In this document: positions 45,997 to 46,466 of the stretch, in pieces
Layout of the letters: each line of letters starts with the position of its first letter
How positions within the stretch are numbered: the stretch's first letter is position 1
Source: an uncultured Clostridium sp.
GTDB lineage: Bacteria; Bacillota_I; Bacilli_A; RF39; UBA660
Length of the DNA stretch: 46,466 nt
NCBI GenBank assembly: GCA_964545285.1
Contig: CAZJEW010000003.1
Span: 1 to 46,466, forward strand
Direction of reading: 5' to 3'
Notes under the pieces: generated by a model
What the model was told of the DNA's origin: nothing
Databases searched by the model: none
The model's input: the letters and a program-made list of their open reading frames with translations, nothing else
Program-made: the position numbers and the translations under genes

Positions 45997-46466
45997 ATGA
46001 ATGATAATATTGAAGTAATAGATTTTGATTCTAATAATAAAGAACTAACAGTAAAAGATGATTCTACTGCTTTTGGTGTATCTATTGGAACTGAACAAGA
46101 AGATAGACCTCAAATGACTATAGATGAAAAGAAAATGCAAAAGATAAGCATTTTAGAAACATATGGAGAAAACTTAAGTAGAAAAGAATATGTTACTAAT
46201 CCAGCAATAGGAAGAGAAAATGAAATTCAACAAGCAATTATGATTCTTCTCACACCTGAAAAAAGTGCATTATTAGTTGGAAAAGCCGGTGTAGGTAAAA
46301 CTGCTATAGTTGAAGGAATAGGTTATAGGATGAAAACTGGAACAATACCAGAAGCACTAAAACCTTATGAATTAATTAAAGTTAATATATCTGCACTACT
46401 TGGAGAAACATTTAGTGAAGGACAATCTGAAAATAGATTACAATTGTTAGTAGATGAACTTAAAAC
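45997..46466 (+). CDS. Clp/Hsp100-like AAA+ ATPase, 5' part (runs off the window)
   Basis: [24 protein letters not shown]....[22 protein letters not shown] matches the NBD1 start of the ClpB/ClpC family (GRxxEI...L.G.xGVGKTAxxEG). Only ~55 aa precede it, so no full Clp_N repeat is present. Confidence 0.7.
   Translation, partial: MNDNIEVIDFDSNNKELTVKDDSTAFGVSIGTEQEDRPQMTIDEKKMQKISILETYGENLSRKEYVTNPAIGRENEIQQAIMILLTPEKSALLVGKAGVGKTAIVEGIGYRMKTGTIPEALKPYELIKVNISALLGETFSEGQSENRLQLLVDELK

Overview
This is a very AT-rich window (judged by eye, not computed) from a low-GC Gram-positive (Bacillota-type) chromosome, with dense and mostly plus-strand coding. It opens with the 3' end of a 23S rRNA and an unusually short 5S rRNA, and ends with a lone tRNA-Asn and the 5' part of a Clp-like AAA+ ATPase gene. 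Most of the content is housekeeping or cell-envelope genes:
- M14 peptidase, class A PBP, sortase B and MurD.
- A GT2 polyprenyl-phosphate glycosyltransferase with a methyltransferase and an SDR, plus two tandem GtrII-like membrane glycosyltransferase paralogues.
- Two tandem fused ABC-ATPase/FtsX permeases.
- An HD-GYP plus GGDEF pair.
- A DagK-type lipid kinase and a CaCA antiporter.
- An E2-like acyltransferase, acyl-CoA ligase and FAD oxidoreductase group.
- A CPBP protease.
- The origin-proximal block soj-spo0J-DUF951-(AbgT)-ychF.
- A CIRCE-controlled hsp20, CotF-like proteins and a secreted thermonuclease.

I saw no transposase, integrase, phage genes or CRISPR array.

The most unusual locus is a translationally coupled operon at about 3518-8974. 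It encodes a Cys-rich mini-protein, a PP2C phosphatase with an unrecognised N-domain, a DUF1292-like protein, and two tandem signal-peptide-less proteins. These two proteins have divergent N-terminal alpha/beta-hydrolase heads but share a roughly 99 % identical 624-bp 3' module (helical segment, linker, glycine-zipper hairpin, Thr-rich tail). The operon ends with an abutting AlkD-like HEAT protein. I flag it as a candidate reverse-architecture effector or membrane-enzyme system of unknown function. All family assignments come from motif recognition by eye; no searches were run.
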